From NCBI GenBank assembly GCA_963848295.1, contig CAWKDB010000010.1, positions 736,001 through 800,000 of the forward strand: 64,000 nucleotides of DNA, in the 5' to 3' direction. Positions within the stretch are counted from its first letter, which is position 1. Every line of letters starts with the position of its first letter. Positions 9,107 to 22,249 of the stretch are shown in pieces. The notes below the pieces were generated by a model. That model worked only from the letters and a program-made list of their open reading frames with translations. It was not told the origin of the DNA and did not search any database. The position numbers and the translations under genes were made by a program. Source of the DNA: an uncultured delta proteobacterium. GTDB taxonomy: Bacteria; Myxococcota_A; Polyangia; Haliangiales; Haliangiaceae.

Positions 9107-9242
9107 ATCGCAATCGCGATCTCCCTCGCAAGGCAGCCGCGCGAGGCCCTCGCGATCTCGCACGACGAAAAATGCGAGCTGGGCGCTGGGCCAATTGCGC
9201 GCTTGGGAGCTGGGGCCCGGCAAGGCGGTGTACGGTCGGGCG

Positions 9243-9701
9243 ATGGCGGTGAGTCCCGAGAAGCAGCTCGCTAGCTTCATCGCGAAGTTCACGCCGGCGG
9301 TCGCGCGCGATGCCAAGGCGGCGATCACCAGGCTCGGCAAGCTCATGCCGAACGCGACGCGGCTGGTCTACGACAACTACAACGCGCTTGTCATCGCGTT
9401 CGCCGCCGGGCCGAAGATGACCGACGTCGTCTGCTCGATCGCGCTGTACCCGCAGTGGGTCACGCTGTTCTTCATGCGTGGCGCGACGTTGCCCGATCCG
9501 AAGCGCCTGCTCGAGGGCGACGGCAAGCACGTGCGCGCGATCCGGCTCGTCGACGGCGCGGCGATGATCGATCGCCCGGCGGTCCGCGACTTGCTGCGCG
9601 AGGCGATCGGGCGTGTCGAGTGGCCACGCGGCGCCAGAGCGAAACTAGAGATTCGCGCCGTCGTCGCGAAGCAGCGCCCGCGCCGGCCGGCTCGACGATG
9701 A
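9243..9701 (+). CDS. DUF1801-like protein
   Basis: LVYDNYNALVI, LPDPKRLLEGDGKHVRAI; TACGGT 6 nt before ATG. Confidence 0.75.
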   Translation: MAVSPEKQLASFIAKFTPAVARDAKAAITRLGKLMPNATRLVYDNYNALVIAFAAGPKMTDVVCSIALYPQWVTLFFMRGATLPDPKRLLEGDGKHVRAIRLVDGAAMIDRPAVRDLLREAIGRVEWPRGARAKLEIRAVVAKQRPRRPARR

Positions 9702-9749
9702 CGACGCGCTCCGGAGGCGATGCTCAGACCCTTCGTGTAAGGTGCCTCG

Positions 9750-11132
<1,383 letters not shown>

Positions 11133-11466
11133 CTACGGGGTGTCATCTTCGAGCCCGACGAGCTTGTTCGCCTCGAACAGGTGCGGGGCCCAGATGTTCG
11201 CGGCGATCCGCAGCGAGGACACCACGACCGACGCCCCGAGATCGATCACCAGCGCATCGCCGATCCCTTCGTCCGGTCTGCCTTCGCACCACGGCGTCGA
11301 CCGCTTGTCCGGAAGCAACGGGCCTTCGGGTCATAGCGGTTGGTCTTGCTCGCGAGCGTCGAGGTCGCGCTCGCGGTGACGGTGACGACATCGGGCAGCG
11401 CCGGAGTTCGGCGGCGGCGACCGAGGCAACGATCAAGACCGAGCCGGCTAACGCGACGCGATGCAT
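11133..11466 (-). pseudogene. Frameshifted, truncated secreted discoidin/NADase-type glycan-binding domain gene
   Basis: Signal peptide, TASATSTLASKTNRYDP and STPWCEGRPDEGIGD in three frames; stop abuts the dnaB stop. Confidence 0.55.
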
Positions 11467-11484
11467 GCTCCGCTGATTGTAGGC

Positions 11485-12258
11485 TCACAGCGCCGCTACC
11501 TCGGCGGGCGTGAGCGCGCGGGCGTAGATCTTCACGTCGTCGATCGCGCCGGGGAAGCCGGTGTTGGCGTTGCAACCGATCGCGACCGTGATCACCGAGT
11601 CGTCGGGGCGCGGGGTCATCGAGTCCGAGACCGAGGAGGTGTTGTAGGCCACCTCACTGCCGTCGGCGTAGAGCCGGATCCCGGTCGCGAGCTGCGAGCC
11701 GTCCCAGGTCGCGACGATGTGCGTCCAGGTGCCGACCTGGAGCACGCCGCCGGTCGCAGCGTGGAACACCTGGTCGGTGCCGGCGAACGCCTGGAAGTCG
11801 AAGTCTCCGTCGACCTGGTGGCTGGTATCCACGACCCAGCCGGCGACGCCCGAGCCGTGGTCGAACGTGCAGTGCGGGGCGCCGTCCGCGGTCGGTAGCG
11901 ACATCGGTTTTAGCCACTCGCTGACCGACACGGCCGGCAGGTTCGCGAGGTTTGTTGGGGTGCCGAGGCCGACGGTGGACAGCGCGTCCGAGAACTCGAG
12001 CGCGCCACCGAGCTCGCCGGCGACCCACGTCGGCAAGATGTCGCCGTCGAGCACGCCGCTGTCGTTGCCGATCGCGTCGGCCACCATCGTTCCGCTGCCC
12101 TCGTCGAGCTTCCACCACGCGAGCGGCTGCAGGGCGAGCGCGACGTCGCCGCCGGACGCGACGTCGCCGCCACCGCCCACATCGGCGGGACCGCCGACCG
12201 CGAAGTCGATCCGCCCGCACCCCCCGGCGGCGATGACCGCGATCGCGAGCGCGCGCAC
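11485..12258 (-). CDS. LamG/concanavalin A-like domain lipoprotein
   Basis: Lipobox AAGGC-GRIDF; AWWKLDEGSG, WTHIVATWDG, GAIDDVKIYARALT. Confidence 0.85.
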   Translation of the reverse strand: MRALAIAVIAAGGCGRIDFAVGGPADVGGGGDVASGGDVALALQPLAWWKLDEGSGTMVADAIGNDSGVLDGDILPTWVAGELGGALEFSDALSTVGLGTPTNLANLPAVSVSEWLKPMSLPTADGAPHCTFDHGSGVAGWVVDTSHQVDGDFDFQAFAGTDQVFHAATGGVLQVGTWTHIVATWDGSQLATGIRLYADGSEVAYNTSSVSDSMTPRPDDSVITVAIGCNANTGFPGAIDDVKIYARALTPAEVAAL

Positions 12259-12297
12259 GCGATCAACGTACCACGCGGTCCGGGTTACAATCGGGCC

Positions 12298-13926
12298 GTG
12301 CCGAACCCGCAGACAGGAGGCGTACTCGACGCATTCCGCGTCGAGGGCACGATCGGCTCGGGGTCGATGGGCGACGTGTTTCGCGGCGTCGACATCGGGC
12401 TCAATCGCAAGGTCGCGATCAAGATCCTGTCGGAGAAGCACCGCGACAGCCGCGAGCTGCGCCAGCGGTTCGTGCGCGAGGGCCGCGCGGTCGCGGCGAT
12501 CAGCCATCCGAACGTCGTCCAGGTGTTCGCGACCGGGAGCTATGACGACCGGCCGTACATCGCGATGGAGCTGCTCGACGGCACCGATCTCGGATCGGTC
12601 GTCGACAAGACCGGCGCGCTGAGCTCGCTCGAAGCCGCGCACGTGCTGTTCGACGCGGCTCAAGGCCTCGCCGCCGCGGCGAAGGCGGGCCTGATCCATC
12701 GCGACGTCAAGCCGTCGAACCTCGTGCGGCTGACCGACCTGCGGGTCAAGGTCACCGACTTTGGGCTCGCCAAGCCCGTCGATCCAGGCGCCGAGCCGGC
12801 GCTGACCGCGATGGGCGTCGTCGTCGGCACGCCCGATTACATCGCGCCCGAGCAGGCGCGCGGCGAAACGATCGACGAGCGCGTCGACATCTACGCACTC
12901 GGCGGCACGATGTACTTCTTGCTCACCGGGATCCCGCCGTTCCGCACCGGCCGGCCTGCCGACGACAAGTACCTCAAGGTGGTGGCGCGTCACCTGCGCA
13001 ATCCCGCGCCCGAGGCGTGCATCACGGTGTCTTCCGTCGATCGCGAGCTCTCCGACCTCGCGAAGCAGATGATGGCGAAGAAGCCGGCGGACCGTCCGAA
13101 TTACGCCGAGTTGATCTCGCGCGCCGGCCAGATCATCGCGCGACTCGATCCGGAAGCGGTGCCGCAGATCGTCGCGGTCACGCGCGACCGGTCGCGGCCG
13201 AACACCGCGCCCGGACTATCGGGACGCGCGCCGACCGGGCCGGGGGCGCTGCTCGGATCGCCACAGATCGCGCCCTTGTCTCGCCCACCGACCGCGCCGT
13301 CGGTGTTGCCGCCGGTCGGCTCGCCGTTCGGTCAGTCGCTCGCGGCGAGCGATGCCGAGCCGACTCACGACGAGATGCCGGTGAGCCGCGGCGTGCCTGC
13401 ATGGCTCGTGCTGTTCACGATCGCGTGTATCGCGTTCTTCGCGATCGGGCTCGTGATCTATCTCCGCCGCGACGAGCCCGCCGCGGCGGCCGCACCCGTC
13501 GGCGACACGGCGAAGAGCGCGCAGATGATCGTCGTCACGCACCCCGACGGCCGCAAGTGGTTCCAGATCGACGCCAAGCCGGTCACGCTCGCCGACTTCC
13601 GCCGCGTGTTCAAAGACCACGAGCAGAGCGGCGCCGCCGACGCGCCGGTGACCGGCGTGTCGTACGACCAGGCGCGATCGTACGCGGCGAGCCGCGGCGG
13701 CCGGCTGGTCCGCGATGACGAGTACGAGCGCGCGAGCACGCTGCCCGGGCTCGTCGTGCCCGACGGTCTGTACGACTGGATCGAATCCGAGCCCTCGCGG
13801 CTGGCTGGCTCGGATCCGCCGAGCGACCCGCCGAGCCGGCGGATCGCGCGCCGGCACGGCCTCGTCGACCATCCGCACGACAGCGGGCGCGCCGACGTCA
13901 CGTTTCGGGTCGCGAAGGATATATAG
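12298..13926 (+). CDS. Membrane Ser/Thr protein kinase with degenerate FGE/SUMF1-like C-terminal domain
   Basis: [30 protein letters not shown]; one TM helix; [14 protein letters not shown]. Confidence 0.92.
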   Translation: MPNPQTGGVLDAFRVEGTIGSGSMGDVFRGVDIGLNRKVAIKILSEKHRDSRELRQRFVREGRAVAAISHPNVVQVFATGSYDDRPYIAMELLDGTDLGSVVDKTGALSSLEAAHVLFDAAQGLAAAAKAGLIHRDVKPSNLVRLTDLRVKVTDFGLAKPVDPGAEPALTAMGVVVGTPDYIAPEQARGETIDERVDIYALGGTMYFLLTGIPPFRTGRPADDKYLKVVARHLRNPAPEACITVSSVDRELSDLAKQMMAKKPADRPNYAELISRAGQIIARLDPEAVPQIVAVTRDRSRPNTAPGLSGRAPTGPGALLGSPQIAPLSRPPTAPSVLPPVGSPFGQSLAASDAEPTHDEMPVSRGVPAWLVLFTIACIAFFAIGLVIYLRRDEPAAAAAPVGDTAKSAQMIVVTHPDGRKWFQIDAKPVTLADFRRVFKDHEQSGAADAPVTGVSYDQARSYAASRGGRLVRDDEYERASTLPGLVVPDGLYDWIESEPSRLAGSDPPSDPPSRRIARRHGLVDHPHDSGRADVTFRVAKDI

Positions 13927-13936
13927 TCCGTCGGCC

Positions 13937-14860
<924 letters not shown>

Positions 14861-14913
14861 AGCCGCCGCGGCGATTGCTGCCACTCCCGGTTTGTGACTA
14901 CTGTTCGTCGGCT

Positions 14914-16238
<1,325 letters not shown>

Positions 16239-16242
<4 letters not shown>

Positions 16243-17105
16243 GCGGGCTGTTCGACGAGCTGCAAACCGCGGTCGCGGCCGTGCGCGCGCGGGTGGCCGG
16301 CCCGAGCTCGCGCGGCGTCGCCGATGCGCCGAAGGTCGGGTTGATCCTCGGCTCGGGCTTGGGCAGCTATGCGGACGGCATGCACGACGCATCGTCGATC
16401 GACTACGCGGACATCCCCGGGTTCGCCGCCTCGCACGTGCCCGGTCATCGCGGCCGACTCGTCGTCGGCGAGCGCGCCGGCGTGCAGTGCGTCGCGATGC
16501 AGGGCCGCATTCACATGTACGAAGGCCACAGCGCGGCGCAGGTCGCGTTTCCGGCGCGCGTGCTCGTCGCGCTCGGCGCGAAGGTGCTGATCGTGACGAA
16601 CGCGGCCGGCGGGCTCAACCCGCGGTGGACGCCCGGCACGCTGATGTTGATCCGGGATCACATCGACATGTTGCGCGATCACGCGCTGCGCGGTCCGAAC
16701 GACGACCGCATCGGCCCGCGGTTCCCGGACATGACGCGCGCGTACGCGCCGGAGCTGCGAGCGATCGTGAAGGAGACCGCCGCGGCCGCGCAGATTCCGC
16801 TCGAAGAGGGCGTCTACGTCGCGATGCCCGGCCCGACCTACGAGACGCCGGCCGAGGTCAAGATGCTGCAGACGCTCGGCGCCGACGCGACCGGGATGTC
16901 GACCGTGCCCGAGGTCGTCGTCGCGCGCCACATGGGTGCTCGCGTGATCGGCATCTCGTGCATCACGAATCAAGCGGCAGGAATCAGCGGCCAGGCGCTG
17001 TCGCACGACGAGGTCACGCAAACCGCGGCGCGAGTGCGCTCGACCTTTGTCGCGCTGATCGATCGGATCCTCGCCGCGCTCGTCGCTCGTGGAGAGCTGG
17101 CGTGA
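16239..17105 (+). CDS. punA: Purine-nucleoside phosphorylase (trimeric type)
   Basis: ILGSGLG, MQGRIHMYEG, TNAAGG, GPTYETPAE, GMSTVPE. Confidence 0.93.
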
Positions 17106-17500
17106 CGTGGTCATCGCTCGAGGCGCGCGCGCTCGCGGTGCGCGATCACGCCTATGCGCCGTATTCGAAGTTCAAGGTCGGCGCGGCGGTGCGGATGAGC
17201 GGCGGCGAGTACGCCGCGGCGAACGTCGAGAACGCGTCGTATCCGCTCGGCGTGTGCGCGGAGCGCAATGCGATCGCCGCAGCGGTCGCGGCCGGTGCGC
17301 GCGAGCTCGAAGCCGTCGCCGTGTGCACCGAGTCGTCACCACCGAGCTCCCCGTGCGGCGGTTGTCGCCAGGTGCTGTTCGAGCTCGCGCCGGATCCCGC
17401 GAAGGTCGTGGTCACCGCGTTCAACCCAGCCGGCGAACGCCGGAGCTGGACGCTCGCCGAGCTGCTGCCCGATGGCTTCCGGGGCAGCGAGCTTCCCTAG
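17102..17500 (+). CDS. cdd: Cytidine deaminase (tetrameric type)
   Basis: AYAPYSKFKVGAA, NVENASY, CAERNA, PCGGCRQ; GTGA overlap. Confidence 0.95.
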   Translation: MTWSSLEARALAVRDHAYAPYSKFKVGAAVRMSGGEYAAANVENASYPLGVCAERNAIAAAVAAGARELEAVAVCTESSPPSSPCGGCRQVLFELAPDPAKVVVTAFNPAGERRSWTLAELLPDGFRGSELP

Positions 17501-18820
17501 ATGAGCGAGGTCATCTTCCGCGACGGCACGATCGTCACGATCGATCCCGAGCACCGCGTGCTGGCCGGCGACGTCGCGATGGTCGACGGCGCGATCGCGC
17601 AGGTCGGAGGCAGCTACACGCCGACCACCCGCGATTACTCGATCGTCGACTGCGCTGGCTGCGTCGTGATGCCGGGCTTGGTGCAGGCGCACGTCCACAC
17701 CGTGCAGACGCTCGCGCGCGGCCGCGCCGACGATCTCGAGCTGCTCGGCTGGTTGCGCGAGGTGATCTGGCCGTACGAAGCGGCGCTCGACGAGGACTCG
17801 GCCGGCGCGGCCGGTGAGCTGGCGTGCGCCGAGCTGCTGCTCGGGGGCACGACCGCGATCCTCGACATGGCGACGGTGCGTCACACCGACGCGATCTTCC
17901 GCGCTGCGGAGACCTCGGGCATTCGCGCGACGATCGGCAAGGCCATGATGGACGCGCCCGATCCGTACATCCCCGCGGGCTTGCGCGAGGCCACGCGATG
18001 GTCGCTCGACGAGTCGGCGCGGTTGATCGATGCGTGGCACGGCGGCGCCGACGGTCGCCTGCGCTACGCGTATGCGCCGCGGTTCGCGCTGTCGTGTACC
18101 GACGAGCTGCTCCGCGAGGTCGGCGTCCAGGCGAAGGCGCGCGGCGTCGGCGTCCACACGCACGCGAGCGAGAACACCGGCGAGATCGCACTGATTCGCG
18201 AGCGGTTCGGCAAGTCGAACATCGAGGTCCTCGATGGTTTCGGCCTGCTCGGCCCACATGCGTGCATCGCGCATTGCATTCACCTGTCCGACGCCGAACG
18301 CGCGCTGCTCGCCGCGCGCGGCGCCCACGTGTGCACCTGCCCGTCGTCGAATCTCAAGTTGGCCTCGGGCGTGTGCCCGGTCCCCGAGCTCATCGCCGCC
18401 GGCGTGTCGGTCGCGATCGGGGCTGACGGTGCGCCGTGCAACAACAACCTCGACGGCTTTCACGAGCTGCGTCTCACCGCGCTGCTCCACAAGCCGCGAG
18501 TCGGCCCGCGCACGCTGCCCGCGGCAGAGGTCGTCAGGCTCGGCACGATGGGCGGCGCGACCGCGCTCGGCCTCGCGGATCAGATCGGCTCGCTCGAGGT
18601 CGGCAAGCGCGGCGACGTGATCGCGGTCGACGTCGAGTCACTCCACACCGTGCCGACGGTCTCGCCGTGGTCCCAGCTCGCGTTCGCGGTCAAGGCTTGC
18701 GATGTCCGCCACGTCGCCGTCGATGGCTGCATCGTCGTGCGCGATCGCGAGTTGCACACGCTCGATGTCGACCGCGTGCGTGCGCGCGCGAAGGCCGCCG
18801 CGACCAAGCTGTTCACTTAG
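17501..18820 (+). CDS. Amidohydrolase of the 5'-deoxyadenosine/MTA/SAH deaminase-like group
   Basis: PGLVQAHVH, HTHASE, AHCIH, CPSSNLKLASG, GADGAPCNN, GSLEVGKRGD. Confidence 0.88.
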   Translation: MSEVIFRDGTIVTIDPEHRVLAGDVAMVDGAIAQVGGSYTPTTRDYSIVDCAGCVVMPGLVQAHVHTVQTLARGRADDLELLGWLREVIWPYEAALDEDSAGAAGELACAELLLGGTTAILDMATVRHTDAIFRAAETSGIRATIGKAMMDAPDPYIPAGLREATRWSLDESARLIDAWHGGADGRLRYAYAPRFALSCTDELLREVGVQAKARGVGVHTHASENTGEIALIRERFGKSNIEVLDGFGLLGPHACIAHCIHLSDAERALLAARGAHVCTCPSSNLKLASGVCPVPELIAAGVSVAIGADGAPCNNNLDGFHELRLTALLHKPRVGPRTLPAAEVVRLGTMGGATALGLADQIGSLEVGKRGDVIAVDVESLHTVPTVSPWSQLAFAVKACDVRHVAVDGCIVVRDRELHTLDVDRVRARAKAAATKLFT

Positions 18821-21269
18821 TGTGGCTGCGCTTCTTCGCGTCTTCGACCATCGGGTCGCGATCCGTCCCGCTCTGCGTCGCTAGAAACGCCTTGTACGAG
18901 GCCGAGGCGTGCGCGGTGCCGAGGCCCTCCTGGGCGCGCCCGAGGTAGTACGGAATGGTCGATAGAAACCGCAGCGACGTGACGTCGTCGAAGAACACCG
19001 AGGAGCCCTCGCCCTGGCGAGCGAGGCAGATCTCGAGCTCGCGGCTCGCGTCGGCGAACTTGCCGGCGTCGAGATACGCGCGCGCCAGCAGGTAGTGGCC
19101 GAACCAAGCATCGACGAGCGCGATCGAGTCGCGAAATGTCGTGATCGCCTCGCCGGGTTTCTTGTGAGCGAGAGCGATCTCGCCATACAGCCACTTCGTC
19201 ATCACGCGCGGCCCGATCGCGGCGTCGGTGTCGAGGCGCTGCGCGGTCTCGAGCGCGTTCTTCTCGTCGCCGGCGGCGAGCTCGGTCAACGCAGCGAAGA
19301 ACAGCCACGACGATTCCTTCGTGACCTTCGTCGCCGATGCGATCGCGCCCTTCGCGTCCCCGCGCCGCAACCGGGCCTCGGCGAGCAACACGTGGGCGAG
19401 CTCGCTCGCATCCGGGCTCGAGGCCGCCGTGATCACGCCATCGAGCAGTTTCTCCGCATCGACGAGCCGCGACTCCGACAGCGCCAGGTCGGCCTTCGCG
19501 ATCGCGCCGAATCCGGGCGCTTGTTGCGCGTACTTGTCGAAGTAGCCGAGCGCCTTCTCGCGATCGCCGGAGAGCAAGTTCGCGAGCCCGTAGTAGAGCT
19601 GGACCTGCGCGAGCGGATGCGGAATCTCGTGCGTGATCTTGTCGAGCTCCGCGAGCGACGCCTCGAAGTTCCCGGCATCGAGCTCGATCGCCGCGAGGTT
19701 GAGCCGGGTCACGAGATCGCGCGAGTGATCGCGCGCCGCGCGACGGGCGGCCTCGAGTGCTTTCGGCACGTCGCGCATCGACAGGTAGACGTCGCTCAGG
19801 CTGACCTCAGCGCCCTGGTCGTTCGGCCACGTCTCGAGCAGCTGGGCGAACGCGGCGACCGAGCGATCGTATTCGCCGGTCGAAAATTCGTAGTAGTTGC
19901 CGAGGAACGTCAGCCGATCGCGCTCGCCGAGCTGGTCGAGCCCGCGCAACGCATCGCGATTCTGCTCGCCACCGTCGACGAGGCGATCCAGTCCGATATA
20001 CGCGAACCCCAGCAGCACGTGGCCATACGCGAACGCCGGATCGAGCGCGATGACGTGCTGGAGGTGCGGCACCGCGTCGGCGAGGTTGCCGGCGAGGATC
20101 ATGCTGCGGCCGATCGCCATCTCGTGGACCGCCTCGATGTTGTTCGACAGCCCGGTATGCCCGGCCTCGCTGTTGTCGGCCGGCAGGTGTTCGCCGAGCG
20201 CCGTGCGCAGGCTGTTCGCGAACAACGCGACCATCGGGATCGCGTGGTCCACCGCAGCGACATCGAGGGTCTGGTCGAGCACGACCGCGTCGTCGGTCGC
20301 GTTCGTCGCGGTCAGCTTGACCGTGAAGCCCGCGTTCTTCGACGTCACCGAGCCGCGTACGATCACGACGCGGTGGTGATCGCGAGCCGCGAGCCTCTTG
20401 CCGACGAGCTCGCCCGGGAGTGCGCCCGCAGCCGGCGGATCGGGTGTGAGCTCGGCCGCGAGCGCGTGGAGTTGGAAGCCGCTGACCGGATCGATGACCG
20501 ACGATCGACGCAACACCAGCTCGATCGCCTGATCGAGTGTCCCGTCGAACAGTGGATCGGCGCTGCGGTTTTCGATCGCGGTGACGAGCACCACGACGCT
20601 TCCGCCCGAGGGTACGTTGCTGGCGCTGCCGCTGCCGGCGTGAAGCGCGCCCGCGCCCGACCCGGTCTGCGCGACCGCCGCCGAGCCTGGCCCGGTGATC
20701 GCGCGAGAGGCGTGCAAGTGCCACAGCACGGTCACGCCGTAAGCGAGCCCCGCGGACACCACGGTTACCGCGACGGCGGTCACGAGCGAGCGCCGTCCCG
20801 GGCCCTTTCGCACCGCCGCGATCGCGCCGTCGATCTCGGCCCGGAGCTCGACCAGCGACGCGAACCGAGCCACCGGGTTGATCGCGAGGCAGCGCGCCGC
20901 GAGCCGATCGATGCGCATCGGCAAGCTCGGGACCAGCTCGTGGAGCGGCGCAGGCGCGGTGCGCAAGCGCATCTCCATCACCGCATCGGTGGTCGCGCCG
21001 ATGAACGGCGGTTCGCCTGCGAGCAGATGATAGAGGATCGCGCCGAGCGCGTAGACATCAGATCGTTCGTCGACCGCCCGCCCGCGAACCTGCTCGGGCG
21101 ACACGTAGAGCGGGGAGCCGAGCGCAGCGTCGGTGTTGCGGTCGCGCCGGATCGCGCCCTCACACAAATCGCGCACGACTGCGAGCGCCTTCGCGAGCGG
21201 CATCTTGCCCTCACGACGGACCAGCTCGGCGAGATCGTTGGCGTCGGAGCTCGGTCGGTCGGCAGCCAC
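18813..21269 (-). CDS. Membrane protein with truncated kinase C-lobe and periplasmic TPR region
   Basis: GSPLYVSPEQ, DERSDVYALG, TM helix, many TPR-like helices; no HRD or DFG. Confidence 0.8.
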   Translation of the reverse strand: MAADRPSSDANDLAELVRREGKMPLAKALAVVRDLCEGAIRRDRNTDAALGSPLYVSPEQVRGRAVDERSDVYALGAILYHLLAGEPPFIGATTDAVMEMRLRTAPAPLHELVPSLPMRIDRLAARCLAINPVARFASLVELRAEIDGAIAAVRKGPGRRSLVTAVAVTVVSAGLAYGVTVLWHLHASRAITGPGSAAVAQTGSGAGALHAGSGSASNVPSGGSVVVLVTAIENRSADPLFDGTLDQAIELVLRRSSVIDPVSGFQLHALAAELTPDPPAAGALPGELVGKRLAARDHHRVVIVRGSVTSKNAGFTVKLTATNATDDAVVLDQTLDVAAVDHAIPMVALFANSLRTALGEHLPADNSEAGHTGLSNNIEAVHEMAIGRSMILAGNLADAVPHLQHVIALDPAFAYGHVLLGFAYIGLDRLVDGGEQNRDALRGLDQLGERDRLTFLGNYYEFSTGEYDRSVAAFAQLLETWPNDQGAEVSLSDVYLSMRDVPKALEAARRAARDHSRDLVTRLNLAAIELDAGNFEASLAELDKITHEIPHPLAQVQLYYGLANLLSGDREKALGYFDKYAQQAPGFGAIAKADLALSESRLVDAEKLLDGVITAASSPDASELAHVLLAEARLRRGDAKGAIASATKVTKESSWLFFAALTELAAGDEKNALETAQRLDTDAAIGPRVMTKWLYGEIALAHKKPGEAITTFRDSIALVDAWFGHYLLARAYLDAGKFADASRELEICLARQGEGSSVFFDDVTSLRFLSTIPYYLGRAQEGLGTAHASASYKAFLATQSGTDRDPMVEDAKKRSHTK

Positions 21270-21348
21270 GCTCGGTCATCGTACCAGCCGGCGCCGGTGA
21301 TTCGCGGTCCCGGTCGACCGAAACGCGCTATCCTCTGACCGGACACCG

Positions 21349-22248
21349 ATGCTGCTCACGCGCGAAGAAATGACGTTTGATTTCGCGGGCGCAACGCTCG
21401 ATCCGGTCCGCGACCGCGACCTGCTCGAGTGGATGTTCAATCAGTTTCTGTACGGCGAGATCACGGGCATCCAGGTTGGCCACTGGCTGTACGACGCTCC
21501 CGACCTCGATGCCGCGAAGTTCCTCGCTCGCCAGGCACTCGAGGAGATGCAGCACGTCGACAACTTCCTGCGGATCATGACGATGCTCGGCTGCCACCCC
21601 AAGCCCGCGCACCCGGCCGTGCGGTTCCTCGCGACCGGCATGATGGGTGGCTCGTGGGCCGAGCACGTCGCGCTCGAGATGGCGCAGGGTGAAGGCTTCG
21701 TGCTCCAGGCATTCTACGCGGTGATCGACACGCTCGATCACAAGCCGAGCGTCGACATCCTGCGCCGCGCGGTGAAACAAGAAGAGCGCCACGTCGAGTT
21801 CGGTGAACAGCAGACGCGCAAAGCGATCGAAGGCAAGCCATGGCTGCGCCGCCGGTTGCTCGGCCTGTCGTTGGTGTCGATGTGGGGCGTGCGCCGGCTC
21901 GCGAAGTTCATGGCGAAGCGCCTCCCCGACAAGACCGGCGTGCTCAGCAACTTGCCGGCGTTTCTCGAGCACGCGAACGTGTGCGCGGAGCTCCGGCTGC
22001 GCCGGATCGGCGTGATCGATCGCCCCCTCGCCGAGCTCGCGGGTGGCAAACGCGCGTTGCTCGTCGCAGAAGCGTACGGGGGCAAGCTGCTCGGCGGGCT
22101 CGGCTCGTTGTTGTTGGTGCCGCTCCGCATCCTGCCGTTCTGGCCGAAGCGCAAACGCTTGACCGACACCTACCTGCGCGATGCGCATGTCGCCGGTTAT
22201 CAGCTTCCGGCCGGAGAGCCGGCGCAGGCCGAGACCACGACGACATGA
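21349..22248 (+). CDS. Ferritin-like diiron protein
   Basis: Two ExxH motifs (EEMQH, EERH) with upstream Glu residues (YGE, QGE). Confidence 0.75.
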   Translation: MLLTREEMTFDFAGATLDPVRDRDLLEWMFNQFLYGEITGIQVGHWLYDAPDLDAAKFLARQALEEMQHVDNFLRIMTMLGCHPKPAHPAVRFLATGMMGGSWAEHVALEMAQGEGFVLQAFYAVIDTLDHKPSVDILRRAVKQEERHVEFGEQQTRKAIEGKPWLRRRLLGLSLVSMWGVRRLAKFMAKRLPDKTGVLSNLPAFLEHANVCAELRLRRIGVIDRPLAELAGGKRALLVAEAYGGKLLGGLGSLLLVPLRILPFWPKRKRLTDTYLRDAHVAGYQLPAGEPAQAETTTT

Positions 22249-22249
22249 C

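Noticed and set aside
19095..21338. 747-aa plus-strand ORF and many similar long antisense or alternate-frame ORFs (e.g. 15258-17114, 43242-45017, 32095-33657)
   Set aside because: Shadow ORFs expected in very GC-rich DNA; Arg-rich, motif-free and overlapping well-supported genes
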